This document shows, piece by piece, positions 9,545 to 19,101 of a DNA stretch of 24,000 bases. The notes beneath the pieces were generated by a model. It was not told the DNA's origin and ran no database searches. It saw only the letters and a program-made list of their open reading frames with translations. This DNA is from Lactobacillus agrestimuris. GTDB taxonomy: Bacteria; Bacillota; Bacilli; Lactobacillales; Lactobacillaceae. The DNA is taken from NCBI RefSeq assembly GCF_943193025.1, contig NZ_CALPCQ010000004.1, positions 1-24,000 of the forward strand. Reading direction: 5' to 3'. The translations under genes were made by a program, and so were the position numbers. Position 1 is the stretch's first letter; the number at the start of each line of letters is the position of its first letter.

Positions 9545-11605
9545 ATGTTTTTAACAGATAGACAAAAAAGGCTACTTTCAATTTTAACCAGAAATCCTAG
9601 TGGAGTAAGTCGCAAGGAGTTGGAAGAGCAATTAGATATTAGTAGGAGAACACTATACCGTGAGTTTAGTGAGCTAAAGAATTCTCTGCTTAAAAATAAT
9701 TTGGAGATTATCAATCATAAAGGAAGTTACCAGCTTAAAGGTGATTTACAGGATATTGAAAAAATCAAGAAAGAAATTAGACAAGTTAAAGAACAAACCG
9801 TAATGTCAATTTCCGATCGAGAGAATGCGATTGCCGCTATGCTCTTAATAGATAATGAGCCGCACAAAATAATTGAATTGGCGCTAGATCTAAAAGTTAG
9901 TGAGGCAACAATTCAAAATGATTTGAATACAGTTGAAAAATCTTTGGCTCAATATAAGATCAAATTAGTTCGTAAAAAAGGTGTCGGCGTCTCACTTGAA
10001 ACTAGTGAAAAAATTCGTCGACAATTATTTGTTAAAATTTTGGTTGATAATATTAATGAGTATGACTTTTTTGAATATTTAAATAAAAAAGAGAATAATT
10101 CGAATATTTTTCTTAGCTTAATAGATCGAGATTTATTAGTAAAAATATATGATTTGTTAAAGCAAAGTGTTTTTAATCAAATTAAAACAAGTACAGATCA
10201 GCAGATAATTGAATTGATTTTAGTATTTGCGACAACTATTAAGCGTGCAGCAGAAGGTCATAACTTAGAAGATATTCCCCAGGAAAAAAATTCCTTAAAA
10301 TATCAGGGCTATGTTTATCGGTTCTTTGCATTATATGCTGCACATCGGCAATTAAAAGTAAATCAAAGTGATATTAATTATCTAGCCAATAAGACCATGC
10401 TTGCTAGTTATCATCACTTCTCACTGTCGTATGATAATGATCAAGAACTTGAACTTTCTATTCAAGTTAAGCAATTTATTGAAGCAATTTCTAATGAAGT
10501 TAAATTCAATTTTCAAAAAAATCCTACTTTTATTAAACGTCTCACACAACATATTTATAATTTAATGAAAAAACGGGTGACTTTGTTACCAGATAGTAAG
10601 ATTGAAACTTTAGCAGTCTTAACTGAAAAATTCAAGGATCTGTATCAAGCAATTGAAAGCTATTGGCCACAATATTTTGAAAGGATTGAGCTGACAAGTT
10701 CAGAAATGCAGCTAATCTTGCTTTACTTTGCTAAAGAATATTCGAGCGGTCAAAGCAATCGAGATTTTTCAGCTTTGGTTGTTTGTGAAAATGGTATTGG
10801 TACTTCCGCAATTCTTAGTGCTCGCTTAAAGCAAAAATTTCCAGAAATTAAAGCTATTAAAATTAGTCGAGTATCAAAACTCAATGATTTGGATTTATCA
10901 AGTTATGATTTGATTTTATCTACACTCAAACTAAATAATTTTTCTCGGGATTATCAATTAGTAAGTCCGTTACTACTGGATAATGAAATAAGTCGAATTA
11001 AAAATTACTTGCGGACATATGAACAAAAGTATCCATTAAAAAGTAAGCAGGAAGAAGTTGAAAGTAACAGAGATTTGGTTGATCAACTTAATAAGTTGTC
11101 AATTAATGCGCTCTTTTGTGCTGAATTAGTCAATGGAGTGCGCGTCCAGCGTCTTAAAGATAATTCGGAAGATTTAATTGCAGTGATTCAGGAATGCTTG
11201 GCACATATTGATTCAACTATTCTTAAGAAAAGGCGACCGGTAGTTAAGAAATTGCTTGAACGTGTCCGCCTGGCTCCAGTTGGTTTGCCAAATAGTAAAA
11301 TGGCTCTGCTTCATACTAGTAGTAAGGAAATTTCTCGCTGTTTATTTACCATTTTTGACCTAGATAATGAAATAACGATGCAGGCAATGGACCATAACGA
11401 AATTCAGGTAAAAAGAATTCTACTAATGCTTGGTCCGGGAGAACTAACTAAAGAAGAACAAGCAGCAATGAATCTAATCTCCAGTATGATTATCATGGAT
11501 GATAGTAATCTTGAGTTATTTACGGATGGAGATCAGGACAAAATTAAACAGGCAATTGCTAGTGAATTTTTCAATAACATAAAAAGTAAATTATTAGGCG
11601 ATTAA
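9545..11605 (+). CDS. mtlR: MtlR-type PTS-regulated transcriptional activator (HTH, two PRDs, IIB-like, IIA-like domains)
   Basis: HTH (TDRQKRLLSILTRNPSGVSRKELEEQLDISRRTLYREF), PRD-like blocks, IIB-Gat-like VVCENGIGTSAILSARL, IIA-like domain with His in MALLHTSSKE; upstream of mtlA. ATG 9545 preceded by GAGGGGAA. Confidence 0.87.
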   Translation: MFLTDRQKRLLSILTRNPSGVSRKELEEQLDISRRTLYREFSELKNSLLKNNLEIINHKGSYQLKGDLQDIEKIKKEIRQVKEQTVMSISDRENAIAAMLLIDNEPHKIIELALDLKVSEATIQNDLNTVEKSLAQYKIKLVRKKGVGVSLETSEKIRRQLFVKILVDNINEYDFFEYLNKKENNSNIFLSLIDRDLLVKIYDLLKQSVFNQIKTSTDQQIIELILVFATTIKRAAEGHNLEDIPQEKNSLKYQGYVYRFFALYAAHRQLKVNQSDINYLANKTMLASYHHFSLSYDNDQELELSIQVKQFIEAISNEVKFNFQKNPTFIKRLTQHIYNLMKKRVTLLPDSKIETLAVLTEKFKDLYQAIESYWPQYFERIELTSSEMQLILLYFAKEYSSGQSNRDFSALVVCENGIGTSAILSARLKQKFPEIKAIKISRVSKLNDLDLSSYDLILSTLKLNNFSRDYQLVSPLLLDNEISRIKNYLRTYEQKYPLKSKQEEVESNRDLVDQLNKLSINALFCAELVNGVRVQRLKDNSEDLIAVIQECLAHIDSTILKKRRPVVKKLLERVRLAPVGLPNSKMALLHTSSKEISRCLFTIFDLDNEITMQAMDHNEIQVKRILLMLGPGELTKEEQAAMNLISSMIIMDDSNLELFTDGDQDKIKQAIASEFFNNIKSKLLGD

Positions 11606-11615
11606 CGTCATTATA

Positions 11616-11649
11616 AACTCTGGCACAGTTTTGTGCCAGAGTTCTATTT
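11616..11649 (+). terminator. mtlR terminator
   Basis: AACTCTGGCACA-GTTT-TGTGCCAGAGTT perfect 12-bp stem, followed by a T-rich tract. Confidence 0.88.
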
Positions 11650-11657
11650 TTGTGTCA

Positions 11658-11686
11658 TTGTAAACGCTTACTTTTAAATCTATGAT
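11658..11686 (+). promoter_or_regulatory. mtlAFD promoter overlapped by a cre site
   Basis: cre TGTAAACGCTTACT (11659-11672) overlaps -35-like TTGTAA (11658-11663); 17-nt spacer to TATGAT (11681-11686). Confidence 0.7.
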
Positions 11687-11718
11687 AAAAATGTAAGTTT
11701 TCAAGGGAGGAAAAATTT

Positions 11719-13506
11719 ATGGCTCAAGTAAAAAAGAAATCTTCTTTTAAAGTGAAGATTCAAAAATTCGGAACAACTTTGTCAGGGATGATAATGCCTA
11801 ACATCGCTGCCATTATTGCTTGGGGGTTAACTGCCGCTTTATTCATGTATCCACACGGTTGGTTCCCAAACAAAGATATTAACAATTTGGTTTCACCAAT
11901 GCTTCGCTACCTCTTACCACTTTTAATTGGTTATACCGGAGGTAAGATGGTCGACGAAGAACGTGGAGCCGTCGCAGGTGCGATCGGTACTATTGGTGTT
12001 ATCGTCGGAACAACTCAACCAATGTTCTTAGGTGCCATGATTATGGGTCCACTTAGTGCATGGTTAATTAAAAAACTTGATGATGTTTTCCAAGATAAGA
12101 TCAGATCTGGTTTTGAAATGATCTACAACAACTTCTCACTTGGTATTTTGGGAATGATTGCCGCAATTTTTGCTTACTTCATTATCGGACCAGTAATGGC
12201 TTGGGGAAGTTACTGGGCAGGAGTTGGTGTTAACGCAATTATTAGTGCTCATATGTTGCCATTTGCCAACATTATTATTGAACCAGCAAAGGTATTGTTC
12301 TTGAACAATGCAATTGGTAACGGAATTTTAGTTCCGTTAGGTATTCAACAAGCTGCTGATACTGGTAAGTCGGTGCTCTTCTTAATGGAATCAAATCCAG
12401 GTCCTGGTCTTGGAGTGCTTCTTGCATTTATGTTCTTCGGTAAAGGGAGATCTAAGAGTTCAGCTCCAGGTGCTGCAATTATCGAATTTTTCGGTGGGGT
12501 CCACGAAATCTACTTCCCATACGTATTAATGAAACCTTCATTAATTTTAGCTACTATTGCTGGTGGTATGACAGGTACTTTCTTATTTACAACCTTTAAC
12601 GGTGGTTTAAAGGCAGCTGCTTCACCAGGTTCAATCTTGGCTATCTTGCTTGTTTCAGCCAAAGATTCATACTTCGGTAACATTATCGGGGTTTTAGGAG
12701 CTGCAATTGTTTCATTTGTGATTGCTGCAATTATTTTGAAAGCTGATAAGAGCGAAGACAGTGGTGACTTATCAGAAAAACAAGCTCAAATGCAAGCTAT
12801 GAAGGCTGAATCTAAAGGTCAAGAAACTGAAAATATTGAAAATGCTCAAGATACTATCAAATCATATTCAGATATTAATAAAGTGATTTTTGCTTGTGAC
12901 GCTGGTATGGGATCTTCCGCAATGGGTGCTTCATTACTTCGTGACAAGTTTAAGAAAGCAGGTATTGATATTCCTGTAACTAATATCGCGGTTAGAAACT
13001 TGAAAGATGAAAATGGTTTATTGGTTGTTACTCAAGAAGAATTAGCCGATCGAGCTCTTCAAAAGACACCACACGCAATGCACATTGCCGTAGGTAATTT
13101 CTTAAGTAGTCCAAAATATGACACTATTGTTGCTAACTTTAAGGCAATGTCCCAAATCGAAGATAAGCCATCAGAAAAGCCAGAGGATAAGCCGAAGAAG
13201 GGTTCACTTGAAAATATCGATTTCAGTAAAGTAAAAGAAATTATCTTTATCCGCCATGACCAACATGTTGGTAGTGCAACAATGGCAACAAGCTTGTTGA
13301 AAGATGAAATTAAGAAGGCTGGTAAGAATATTCCGGTTAAGGCCTTAAGAATTAATGAAATTAAAGATGAGCCAAGTGAATTATTAATTGTTACACCAGC
13401 TGCTAAGAAGAATTTAGCCGTTAGATACAGCAATATTCAAATTGTTGTAGTTGATGACTTGCTTAAGGATAAGAAATTAAGTGAAATCGTTAATAAGTTG
13501 AATTAG
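11719..13506 (+). CDS. mtlA: PTS mannitol-specific EIICB with an extra C-terminal IIB-like domain
   Basis: EIIC-Mtl motifs (GTTLSGMIMPNIAAIIAWGLTAALF, GGVHEIYFPYVLMKP), IIB CDAGMGSSAMGASLL, then a second IIB-like segment HDQHVGSATMATSLL; GGGAGG RBS. Confidence 0.95.
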   Translation: MAQVKKKSSFKVKIQKFGTTLSGMIMPNIAAIIAWGLTAALFMYPHGWFPNKDINNLVSPMLRYLLPLLIGYTGGKMVDEERGAVAGAIGTIGVIVGTTQPMFLGAMIMGPLSAWLIKKLDDVFQDKIRSGFEMIYNNFSLGILGMIAAIFAYFIIGPVMAWGSYWAGVGVNAIISAHMLPFANIIIEPAKVLFLNNAIGNGILVPLGIQQAADTGKSVLFLMESNPGPGLGVLLAFMFFGKGRSKSSAPGAAIIEFFGGVHEIYFPYVLMKPSLILATIAGGMTGTFLFTTFNGGLKAAASPGSILAILLVSAKDSYFGNIIGVLGAAIVSFVIAAIILKADKSEDSGDLSEKQAQMQAMKAESKGQETENIENAQDTIKSYSDINKVIFACDAGMGSSAMGASLLRDKFKKAGIDIPVTNIAVRNLKDENGLLVVTQEELADRALQKTPHAMHIAVGNFLSSPKYDTIVANFKAMSQIEDKPSEKPEDKPKKGSLENIDFSKVKEIIFIRHDQHVGSATMATSLLKDEIKKAGKNIPVKALRINEIKDEPSELLIVTPAAKKNLAVRYSNIQIVVVDDLLKDKKLSEIVNKLN

Positions 13507-13521
13507 AAGGGGATGAGTTCA

Positions 13522-13971
13522 ATGAAATTAGAAACAAGTATGATCAAACTTAATCAAGATGTTCCAACACGTGAACAAGCAATCAGAATGGCCGGACAAT
13601 TATTAGTTGATGGCGGCTGTGTTGAACCAGAATACATTGATTCAATGATTGCTCGTAATGAAGATGTTTCAACATATATGGGTAATTTTATTGCCATCCC
13701 TCACGGAACTGATGATGGTAAAAAGTTCATTAAGAAAACTGGCATCTCTGTAGTCCAAATTCCGATGGGAGTTGACTTCAGTGATCCAAATGACGACGGC
13801 GCTGAACAACTAGTTACAGTTGTTTTCGGAATCGCTGGTTTGAACAATGAACACTTGAATATTTTGTCACAGATAGCAATTTTCTGTAGTGATGTTTCCA
13901 ACGTTGCCAAATTAGCTGACGCTCAATCACCACAAGAAGTTATTGATTTATTAAAGAATGTAGGAGAATAA
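13522..13971 (+). CDS. mtlF: PTS mannitol-specific EIIA
   Basis: EIIA-Mtl motif [30 protein letters not shown]; RBS AAGGGG spaced properly for ATG 13522 (track start 13513 is too close). Confidence 0.94.
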   Translation: MKLETSMIKLNQDVPTREQAIRMAGQLLVDGGCVEPEYIDSMIARNEDVSTYMGNFIAIPHGTDDGKKFIKKTGISVVQIPMGVDFSDPNDDGAEQLVTVVFGIAGLNNEHLNILSQIAIFCSDVSNVAKLADAQSPQEVIDLLKNVGE

Positions 13972-13973
13972 GA

Positions 13974-15134
13974 ATGAGAGCAGTACATTTTGGTGCAGGT
14001 AATATTGGTCGTGGATTTATTGGTGAAACTTTAGCTGATAATGGTTTTGGAATTGATTTCGTTGATGTTAACGAAACAATTATTGATGAATTGAACAAGC
14101 GCGGTGAATATGATATTGAATTGGCCGCTCCTGGTAAAAAGAAGATTCATGTTTCTAACGTTGATGGTATTAACAATGCTAAGAATCCAGAAAAGGTTGT
14201 TGAAGCAATTAAGAATGCTGACATCATAACAACAGCTATTGGTCCTAAGATCTTAGCAATCATCGCTCCATTAATTGCAGAAGGTTTGACTGCTAGAGTT
14301 AAGTCAGGCAACACTAAGCCTATCGATGTTATCGCTTGTGAAAACATGATCGGTGGTTCAGAACACCTTAAAGAAGAGGTCTACAAGCATTTAGATGACG
14401 ACGTTAAATCTGAAATTGATAAGTACGTTGGTTTCCCTAACGCAGCTGTTGATAGAATTGTGCCAATTCAACACAATGATGATCCGTTGTTTGTTTCAGT
14501 TGAAGACTTCAAGGAATGGGTAATTGACGAAAGCCAAATGAAGAATAAAGATATCAAGTTGAAGGGCGTTGATTATGCACCAGACCTTGAACCTTATATT
14601 GAAAGAAAATTGTTCTCAGTAAATACTGGTCACGCAACGGTTGCTTATACTGGTAAAAGTCTTGGTTACGATACAATTGGTGAAGCCATTAAAGATCCAG
14701 TTGTTTTGAAGCAAGTAAAGCGTGTCTTAGCAGAAACTCGTTCACTTCTTTACCACAAGTGGAACAAGGAATTTACTGAAGAAAGTCTTGAAGAATACCA
14801 CAACAAGATTGTTAACAGATTCCAAAATCCATACATCTCAGATGACATTGCTCGTGTAGGTAGAACTCCAATCCGTAAGCTAGGATACAATGAAAGATTC
14901 ATTCGTCCGATTCGTGAATTGAAGGAAAGAGGCCTTAGCTACGATGCTTTGATGGAAACAGTTGGTAGAATTTACCACTTCGATGAACCAAATGACAAGG
15001 AAAGCGTCAAGTTAATGCAAATGCTTAAGGATGAAGACTTAAAGGATGTCATCGTTGAAACTACTGGTTTGAAGGATGATCCAGAATTAGTTGAAGAAAT
15101 CATTGCTTCTTACAAGCAAGCTGATAAAGATTAA
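13974..15134 (+). CDS. mtlD: Mannitol-1-phosphate 5-dehydrogenase
   Basis: [25 protein letters not shown] dinucleotide-binding start; [26 protein letters not shown] motifs. Confidence 0.97.
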   Translation: MRAVHFGAGNIGRGFIGETLADNGFGIDFVDVNETIIDELNKRGEYDIELAAPGKKKIHVSNVDGINNAKNPEKVVEAIKNADIITTAIGPKILAIIAPLIAEGLTARVKSGNTKPIDVIACENMIGGSEHLKEEVYKHLDDDVKSEIDKYVGFPNAAVDRIVPIQHNDDPLFVSVEDFKEWVIDESQMKNKDIKLKGVDYAPDLEPYIERKLFSVNTGHATVAYTGKSLGYDTIGEAIKDPVVLKQVKRVLAETRSLLYHKWNKEFTEESLEEYHNKIVNRFQNPYISDDIARVGRTPIRKLGYNERFIRPIRELKERGLSYDALMETVGRIYHFDEPNDKESVKLMQMLKDEDLKDVIVETTGLKDDPELVEEIIASYKQADKD

Positions 15135-15179
15135 ATAATCTATTTTTAAATTTCCCCTCTCAGATAAATAATAGTTAGA

Positions 15180-15213
15180 AAAAGTTCGTAACGAAAGGTT
15201 GCGGACTTTTTTG
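15180..15213 (+). terminator. mtl operon terminator
   Basis: AAAAGTTCGTAAC-GAAA-GGTTGCGGACTTTTTT hairpin with G.U pairs. Confidence 0.75.
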
Positions 15214-15295
15214 TTAAAATCGATAATTTGAATATCAAGATATACGAGAAGATGACTATATGAAATTTTGATCAGCAAGTATACTTAATCAAAAG

Positions 15296-15326
15296 AAAAA
15301 GGGGAAGACAAATGCCTTCCTCTTTT
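15296..15326 (-). terminator. pckA terminator
   Basis: Minus-strand AAAAGAGGAAGG-CATTTGT-CTTCCCCTTTTT hairpin ending in a T-rich tract. Confidence 0.7.
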
Positions 15327-15375
15327 ATGTAGAGAATGATATATAATGTTTGAAAATATATACTTAACTAATTTA

Positions 15376-17034
15376 TTAGCTTAATTCCTTGATGATGCCT
15401 TCCAAAGTCTTCTTAGCTTCTTCTTGAATTGGAGTATTTGGATGTTCTTCATCATACTTGTTTAACCAATCAAGACGATCTTGCATTCTTCTTGCCAAAG
15501 TTTTTTGGTATTCAGGATCGTCAAGGTGTACCTCGTAACCATCGATAGGTAAGTAGCTAACACCCTTGAAGTTACCGAATGGTTTGAAATCCTTATCAGT
15601 GATTGAACCGTTAGCCAAACCTTCAATAAGCTCTTTAGTAACTTCCTTAGGAATATCTTTACCCATAAATGCATCAGTATTTAAGATGTAACAATTTGCT
15701 CCACGCTTGGTAAACAATTCCTTGAAGTCACGGTAGTCACCGGATACTGGGTATGCACGGAATGGGTCTGCGAATGGTTCAATTACTAAAGTATTCATAT
15801 CGAAGCCTTTTGGTAAGTTTTCTGCAGAAGTTCTCTTAGTTGCAAGAGTACATCCCATAGTAGTAGCAAGAACTGGATCATCAATTTTAAGTAGTGGTGG
15901 AAGTGAACCATCCTTCATAATCCAGAATAAAGCGGTAATAGGTGCCTTTTCAAAGTCAACACGGTGAGGACTAGTGTAACGGGTCTTGATAACACGACCA
16001 TTGTTGTTACGTAAGTCTTCAGTAACGATTACCTTATTACCATTTGAGTCTAATGTTACATCACAGTTCATTATAGTGGTGTAGTACTTAGTTTCATGGT
16101 GACCTGCTGGGTAGTCGTGAGTCTTATCAAAGTATGAAGGTTCTAAGGCAACCGATGAGCCATCTTCACGTGAAATGATAAATGCATCATCGTGAAGAAC
16201 GGTGATGTCGTACTTGCCATCGTACATTTCGTGAGTCAATGTTGACTTACCTGAACCCGACAAGCCATAGAATGCGAATACCTTATCATCCTTGTCCTTA
16301 AAGTGGAATGACTTTTCACCACCGTGACAAGCAGTATAACCATGTCTGTGGGCCATTGCCCATGCCAAGGTTAAAGTACCCTTCTTAAGTTCACCAAAGT
16401 AGCGAAGGTTAAAGACGGCAGCACAGTTATGTGGAGCATCAAAGACTCCAAAGCCCTTTGGATAATCTAGATCCTGAGTATTTGGATCGAAGTAGAAATA
16501 AATGTCAGGTTCTTCATAGAACTTAGACTTCTTGTACATCTCTTCTGCTTCGTCATCGAAGAAATGGAAGTTTAATATGTATGAAAGTAAGTTGAATGCT
16601 TGATCTTCAGGCATCATAACATGTGCTTTAACAGTGAAAGTAGGGTCAAGTCCTACCAAAACAGTTGCCTTCAAAAATTTTTGATTATGGCCATTATAAA
16701 TATCTTCACGTAAGTTGCCAGCTAATGCTTCAGGATCTTCGTTTGGATCGTCAGTAAAGTGACGAGCACTAGCAGTTCTACCTAAAATTTTACCGTGATT
16801 GTAAACAAGTTGTGTTGCACCTTGTGGTAAACCTAATTCTTTTGTATGTAAAATTGGTAAGTCTGTAACAATGACGCCAGGTTGCTGTTTAGCCAAGTTA
16901 TAGGCTTCGGCCACACTAGTAATTTCATGAACATTGTTACCATAGAATGCACTTTCGATAGTTGAGCGAACTCGACTAAACATTGGATTTGCTTTTCTTA
17001 ATTCATCTTGTGAATATCGTTCTTTTGTACTCAT
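15376..17034 (-). CDS. pckA: Phosphoenolpyruvate carboxykinase (ATP)
   Basis: FYGLSGSGKSTLTHEM, HDDAFIIS, FPYP-like AYPVSGDY and NTDAFMGK motifs; ATG 17034 preceded by GAGGGAGGAAG, better than track start 17085. Confidence 0.95.
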   Translation of the reverse strand: MSTKERYSQDELRKANPMFSRVRSTIESAFYGNNVHEITSVAEAYNLAKQQPGVIVTDLPILHTKELGLPQGATQLVYNHGKILGRTASARHFTDDPNEDPEALAGNLREDIYNGHNQKFLKATVLVGLDPTFTVKAHVMMPEDQAFNLLSYILNFHFFDDEAEEMYKKSKFYEEPDIYFYFDPNTQDLDYPKGFGVFDAPHNCAAVFNLRYFGELKKGTLTLAWAMAHRHGYTACHGGEKSFHFKDKDDKVFAFYGLSGSGKSTLTHEMYDGKYDITVLHDDAFIISREDGSSVALEPSYFDKTHDYPAGHHETKYYTTIMNCDVTLDSNGNKVIVTEDLRNNNGRVIKTRYTSPHRVDFEKAPITALFWIMKDGSLPPLLKIDDPVLATTMGCTLATKRTSAENLPKGFDMNTLVIEPFADPFRAYPVSGDYRDFKELFTKRGANCYILNTDAFMGKDIPKEVTKELIEGLANGSITDKDFKPFGNFKGVSYLPIDGYEVHLDDPEYQKTLARRMQDRLDWLNKYDEEHPNTPIQEEAKKTLEGIIKELS

Positions 17035-17105
17035 AGTAGCTCTTCCTCCCTCAAATTCAGAAAGCGGTTTCATGCTTTTTGACAAATATAGAATAACATA
17101 ATTGG

Positions 17106-17123
17106 TTGTGAATAACTACACAA
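17106..17123. promoter_or_regulatory. Rex-like operator in the pckA promoter region
   Basis: TTGTGAATAACTACACAA, 16/18 to TTGTGAAWWWWTTCACAA; on the minus strand it overlaps TTCACA, 16 nt upstream of TATATT. Confidence 0.45.
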
Positions 17124-17171
17124 TTTCAAAAGATAACTAAAAGATAACTATAAGTATTTTAAAAACAGTTA

Positions 17172-17200
17172 TTCAAAATAAGTGGTAAAACTGCTATAAT
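17172..17200 (+). promoter_or_regulatory. Putative promoter of the TerB/BrxD/helicase operon
   Basis: TTCAAA (17172-17177), 17-nt spacer, perfect TATAAT (17195-17200). Confidence 0.5.
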
Positions 17201-17234
17201 ATTCAGAACGTACGTACGAATGGAGGCCGGAAAG

Positions 17235-19088
17235 TTGAATTTTAATGAGTTAAGTCGTTATGTTTATCAAAAGTTTGGCTTGAAATTCAAACCAGCAATT
17301 CCGGGATCAACAGAGTTATATGTTTTAGAATCACCATTAGATGGGGCATATTTTGCCATGATGTCTCGAATTAAAAAAACTAATGCAGGTATGGATCAAG
17401 ATGGTTATATTTCAACTTTAGATTTAAGATGTGGATCTTTTTCAGATATGATTCGTGATTTACCTGGCTTTAGTTCAGCCTTTCGCTTGAAAGCTAACGA
17501 TTGGGTTGGTGTTTGGCTTGATCAGGCAAGTGAAAAGACGGTTAAACAGGCACTTGATTATGCTTTTAAGCTTGCAATGAACAAGAATGAGCAAGTGGAC
17601 GTTTCCAATAGTCAATATATTTTTGTCCCTGGTGAAAAAGTCGATAATAAGTATCAAAGCCAAGCAATTAAACCTCGCAGTAAAGTTAGAAGAAAAAATA
17701 ATTCAAATGTTCCTAACCAAATTTTGAAGATGCAAGAGGCGTATGACTATAGCCTGCTTCCATCAATGGGGAGAGAAAAGAACTTCTATCATCAAGCGGT
17801 GATCATGAAAGATTATGAGGATGATTTTGATGAAAAGGTTAACTTTAAGCAATATTATCCAACATATCATGATATGAAAATTTCACAGCTGCGAACTTAT
17901 TTCACTTGGCGCAAAAATATTCGTAAGGGAAAATTTGAAAAGATTAGTACCTCTTATGCTTATGTCTATGTTTATGAACTTTTAAACGACGTGGCTGATG
18001 ACCCAAAGAAAAGTTTTCGTAAGTTAAGAGAGTTTATTAATAAGTATATTTTAATTTACGATGTGGGGATGTTAGTTAATGTTGAAAGTTGGTTGAAAGA
18101 CTATGTGATTTACTACCAACTTGATTATGAGGCGGTTGAAGCAGCTTTCAAGCAGGAATTGGCAGAAGATCATAATTATCAAGTTTTACTTAAACCTGAA
18201 GAATATTCTGCCAAGGAAATTTTTGCTGTTTTAGAAGGGATATCCACATATTTAAAGAATTGTTTATCTTACAAGAAATTAGGTGAGCAATTTGAGGAAA
18301 TTGTTTATTATGTGTGGAAAAGTCTTGTTGCACTTAAACTTGAACCGAGAAGATCTTTTTTCAGTAAATATGTAGCTACAGCAAGTACTTTAAGTAAGAA
18401 ACTATTTGCAGGTGCAGTTTTTTATCAAAGAAAGAGTAAATTTGAAGACTTTGATCTCGATCCTGTAAGACATATTTCATACCAAGATGGGCACTGCTAC
18501 TTAAAGGCTTACTATCCAATAAAAAATCAGAAAAGTGAAATTAATACTTTTTTGCATGAGATTGATCGACTTCTAAGAAAAGAATTTTCTTTAGGGAGAC
18601 CGCTAAAAGCTCGGCCAATGGAAAAGCATTTTTTAGAAGTAATCGAAACTGGAATCAAAAATTATGAATCTGAAAAGGAACAGGAAAAGCGTAAAGTTGA
18701 GATTGATTTTTCAAGTTTAAATAAAATTCGTTCGGATGCATCAGTGACTAGAGATAGTTTGCTAACTGAGGATGAATTACGCTTTGATGAAGAAGATCTT
18801 AAAGAGAATGTTCAAGATAAGCAAGATAAAATAGAAAGTAAAGATACTGAAGAAGGCGAAAGATATGGGTTAGATCCTGACGAGCTTTATCTAGTCAAGG
18901 CTTTGCTTAAAGGCTTAGAATATAAAGATTACGTGAAAAGTCACCATTTGATGTTGTCAATTGTTGTTGATAATATCAATGAAAAACTTTTTGATGAGAT
19001 CGGTGATTCTGTCGTTGAATTTGATGAAAAAAATCAGCCAATAATCGTTGAGGATTATCTTGATGATCTAAATGAAATGTTTAAATAA
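17235..19088 (+). CDS. TerB-N/TerB-C domain protein with YjbR-like N-terminal region
   Basis: TerB-N hallmark YHDMKISQLRTYFTWRKNIRKGKFEKISTSYAYVYVYELLNDV; TerB-C-like C-terminus (LNKIRSDASVTRDSLLTEDELRFDEEDLKE...). GGAGG (17222-17226) best fits a TTG start at 17235; track start 17220. Confidence 0.85.
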   Translation: MNFNELSRYVYQKFGLKFKPAIPGSTELYVLESPLDGAYFAMMSRIKKTNAGMDQDGYISTLDLRCGSFSDMIRDLPGFSSAFRLKANDWVGVWLDQASEKTVKQALDYAFKLAMNKNEQVDVSNSQYIFVPGEKVDNKYQSQAIKPRSKVRRKNNSNVPNQILKMQEAYDYSLLPSMGREKNFYHQAVIMKDYEDDFDEKVNFKQYYPTYHDMKISQLRTYFTWRKNIRKGKFEKISTSYAYVYVYELLNDVADDPKKSFRKLREFINKYILIYDVGMLVNVESWLKDYVIYYQLDYEAVEAAFKQELAEDHNYQVLLKPEEYSAKEIFAVLEGISTYLKNCLSYKKLGEQFEEIVYYVWKSLVALKLEPRRSFFSKYVATASTLSKKLFAGAVFYQRKSKFEDFDLDPVRHISYQDGHCYLKAYYPIKNQKSEINTFLHEIDRLLRKEFSLGRPLKARPMEKHFLEVIETGIKNYESEKEQEKRKVEIDFSSLNKIRSDASVTRDSLLTEDELRFDEEDLKENVQDKQDKIESKDTEEGERYGLDPDELYLVKALLKGLEYKDYVKSHHLMLSIVVDNINEKLFDEIGDSVVEFDEKNQPIIVEDYLDDLNEMFK

Positions 19089-19101
19089 TGGAGTGATATT
19101 A

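Noticed and set aside
9496-9714. Minus-strand 72-aa ORF opposite the start of mtlR
   Set aside because: Short shadow ORF; the + strand has a convincing RBS and HTH domain.
13059-13910. Minus-strand ORFs (124 aa and 69 aa) opposite mtlA/mtlF
   Set aside because: Composition follows the codon-shadow of IIB/IIA; no RBS or domain support.
15087-15278. Minus-strand 63-aa ORF over the mtlD 3' end
   Set aside because: Spans the mtl operon terminator and lacks any domain; the hairpin explains the region.
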